Below, one piece after another: positions 61,884 to 64,000 of a stretch of DNA of 64,000 nucleotides; the first letter of the stretch is position 1, and each line of letters begins with the position of its first letter. Source of the DNA: the human T2T-CHM13v2.0 reference genome, Homo sapiens; the NCBI RefSeq assembly GCF_009914755.1, contig NC_060928.1, one strand, 5' to 3'. The notes under the pieces are model-generated. The model saw only the letters and a list, made by a program, of their open reading frames with translations, did not search any database and was not told the DNA's origin. A program made the position numbers and the translations under genes.

Positions 61884-62620
61884 GAGAGATAATCAGAGGT
61901 AAATCAAGTCTGGCTTTGCAGAAGACAGTAAAGGCTTTGAATTTCATTCTGAATATAATAAGAAAGCTTTGGATGGATTTGAGCAGCAGAGTGACTCATC
62001 TAATATTTTTATAGAAAGGTCACTCTTGTGGCTGTGCAAATACACTGAGGAGCTTGAGGAAGAAATGAATCACAGAAACAACAGAAGCTTGGGTGGTAGT
62101 GGAAGTTGTGTTAAAAATTGATTGAATTTCTAATGTATTTTAAAGAATAAAATATATTAGAGTAACAAAATGTTCCAATTAACTGAAAGTAGATAAGAGA
62201 CAGAAGCATCAAAGATGTCTCTTAAGCGTTTTGCCCAATCAAGGAGATGGAGATGACATCAACTGCAATTGGTTTGCAGATCCGAAACTCAGTGTTAGGT
62301 GAGTGAAGCTTGAGATGCCTGTTGACATGCTAATATTAGGTAAATCAATATACATAGAAACGTGGAATTAGCCATGGGTCACTATGACGATATGCATTTG
62401 GGAAGCAGCAAGTATTCACAGATATGATACTTAGTGATTATTAGACAAACCAGAGGTCCTTGGATAAAAACCTGGGACATTACCTTGTTTAGGGGTCAGG
62501 AAGACAAAGAAGATTCAGCAAAGGTAACTGAGAAAAAAATAAAATTAGGTCGTGTCAAAAGAAAAGTAAAGAAGGAAGTTTTAAGAAAGAGGCAGTAACT
62601 AGCTTAAAAAAAAAATCCTA
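61660..62620 (-). mobile_element. L2 remnant with an A30 run at ~61848-61877
   Basis: gtaaaggctttgaatttcattctgaat...ggatttgagcagcagagtgac...aaaggtcactcttgtggctgtg; agcttgagatgcctgttgacat. Confidence 0.65.
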
Positions 62621-62650
62621 TGACATACCTATTAACTCCTAGTTTCTAGT

Positions 62651-63012
62651 TGTATTAGTTTTCTAGGGCTGCTGTAATAAAGTACTACAAACTGAGTGGC
62701 TTAAACAACAGAAATTTTTTGTCTTACAGTATTGGAGGCTGGAAGTCCAATATCAAGGTGTCAGCAGGGTTGACTGCTTCTGAGGCTGCGAGGAAGAATC
62801 TGTTCCATGTCTTTTTTATAGCTTCTGGTGGTTTTCTGGAATTGCGTTCTTTGGCTTGCAATGCATCACTCAAGGTCTGCTTTCATCCATTCTTAGTATT
62901 CTCCCAGTGTGTCTGTCCAAAATTCCCCCTTTATAGAAGGACAGCAGCCATGTTGGATAGGGAAGAAGGTCCAGCATGACCTCATCTTAAGTGTCCCCCT
63001 AACAGCCCTATT
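62651..63012 (-). mobile_element. MLT1A/B/C MaLR LTR, cut by L1PA3
   Basis: tgtattagttttctagggctgctgtaataaagtactacaaactgagtggcttaaacaacagaaattt...ggaggctggaagtcc. Confidence 0.82.

Positions 63013-64000
<988 letters not shown>

Overview
Human-type genomic DNA: AT-rich, CpG-poor, and it contains an Alu with all five AluYa5 diagnostic bases. It reads as repeat-dense intergenic or deep-intronic sequence with no intact protein-coding gene. The one gene-derived feature is an intronless, multiply disabled processed pseudogene of TSEN2 (tRNA splicing endonuclease subunit 2) at about 24.94-26.85 kb on the + strand. The rest is transposable-element sequence: a truncated HERV-T/HERVS71-type provirus (LTR6 + tRNA-Thr PBS + leader) carrying a young AluYa5, solo LTRs (MER52, MER4, MER31-like, MST, MLT1, MLT2), L1PA and L1M elements, about 14 Alus, Tigger and MER58 DNA transposon relics, L2/MIR fragments and microsatellites. 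Nearly all supplied ORFs are L1, Alu or LTR artefacts. I found no convincing new biological system. The best leads are CpG retention and an overlapping stop/start (ATGA) 250-codon ORF in the TSEN2 pseudogene, the AluYa5-interrupted LTR6 promoter/enhancer, a tiny TSD-flanked retroposed insert of unknown origin, and several readable insertion or rearrangement histories. Repeat family names come from remembered consensus sequences and need RepeatMasker/Dfam confirmation.
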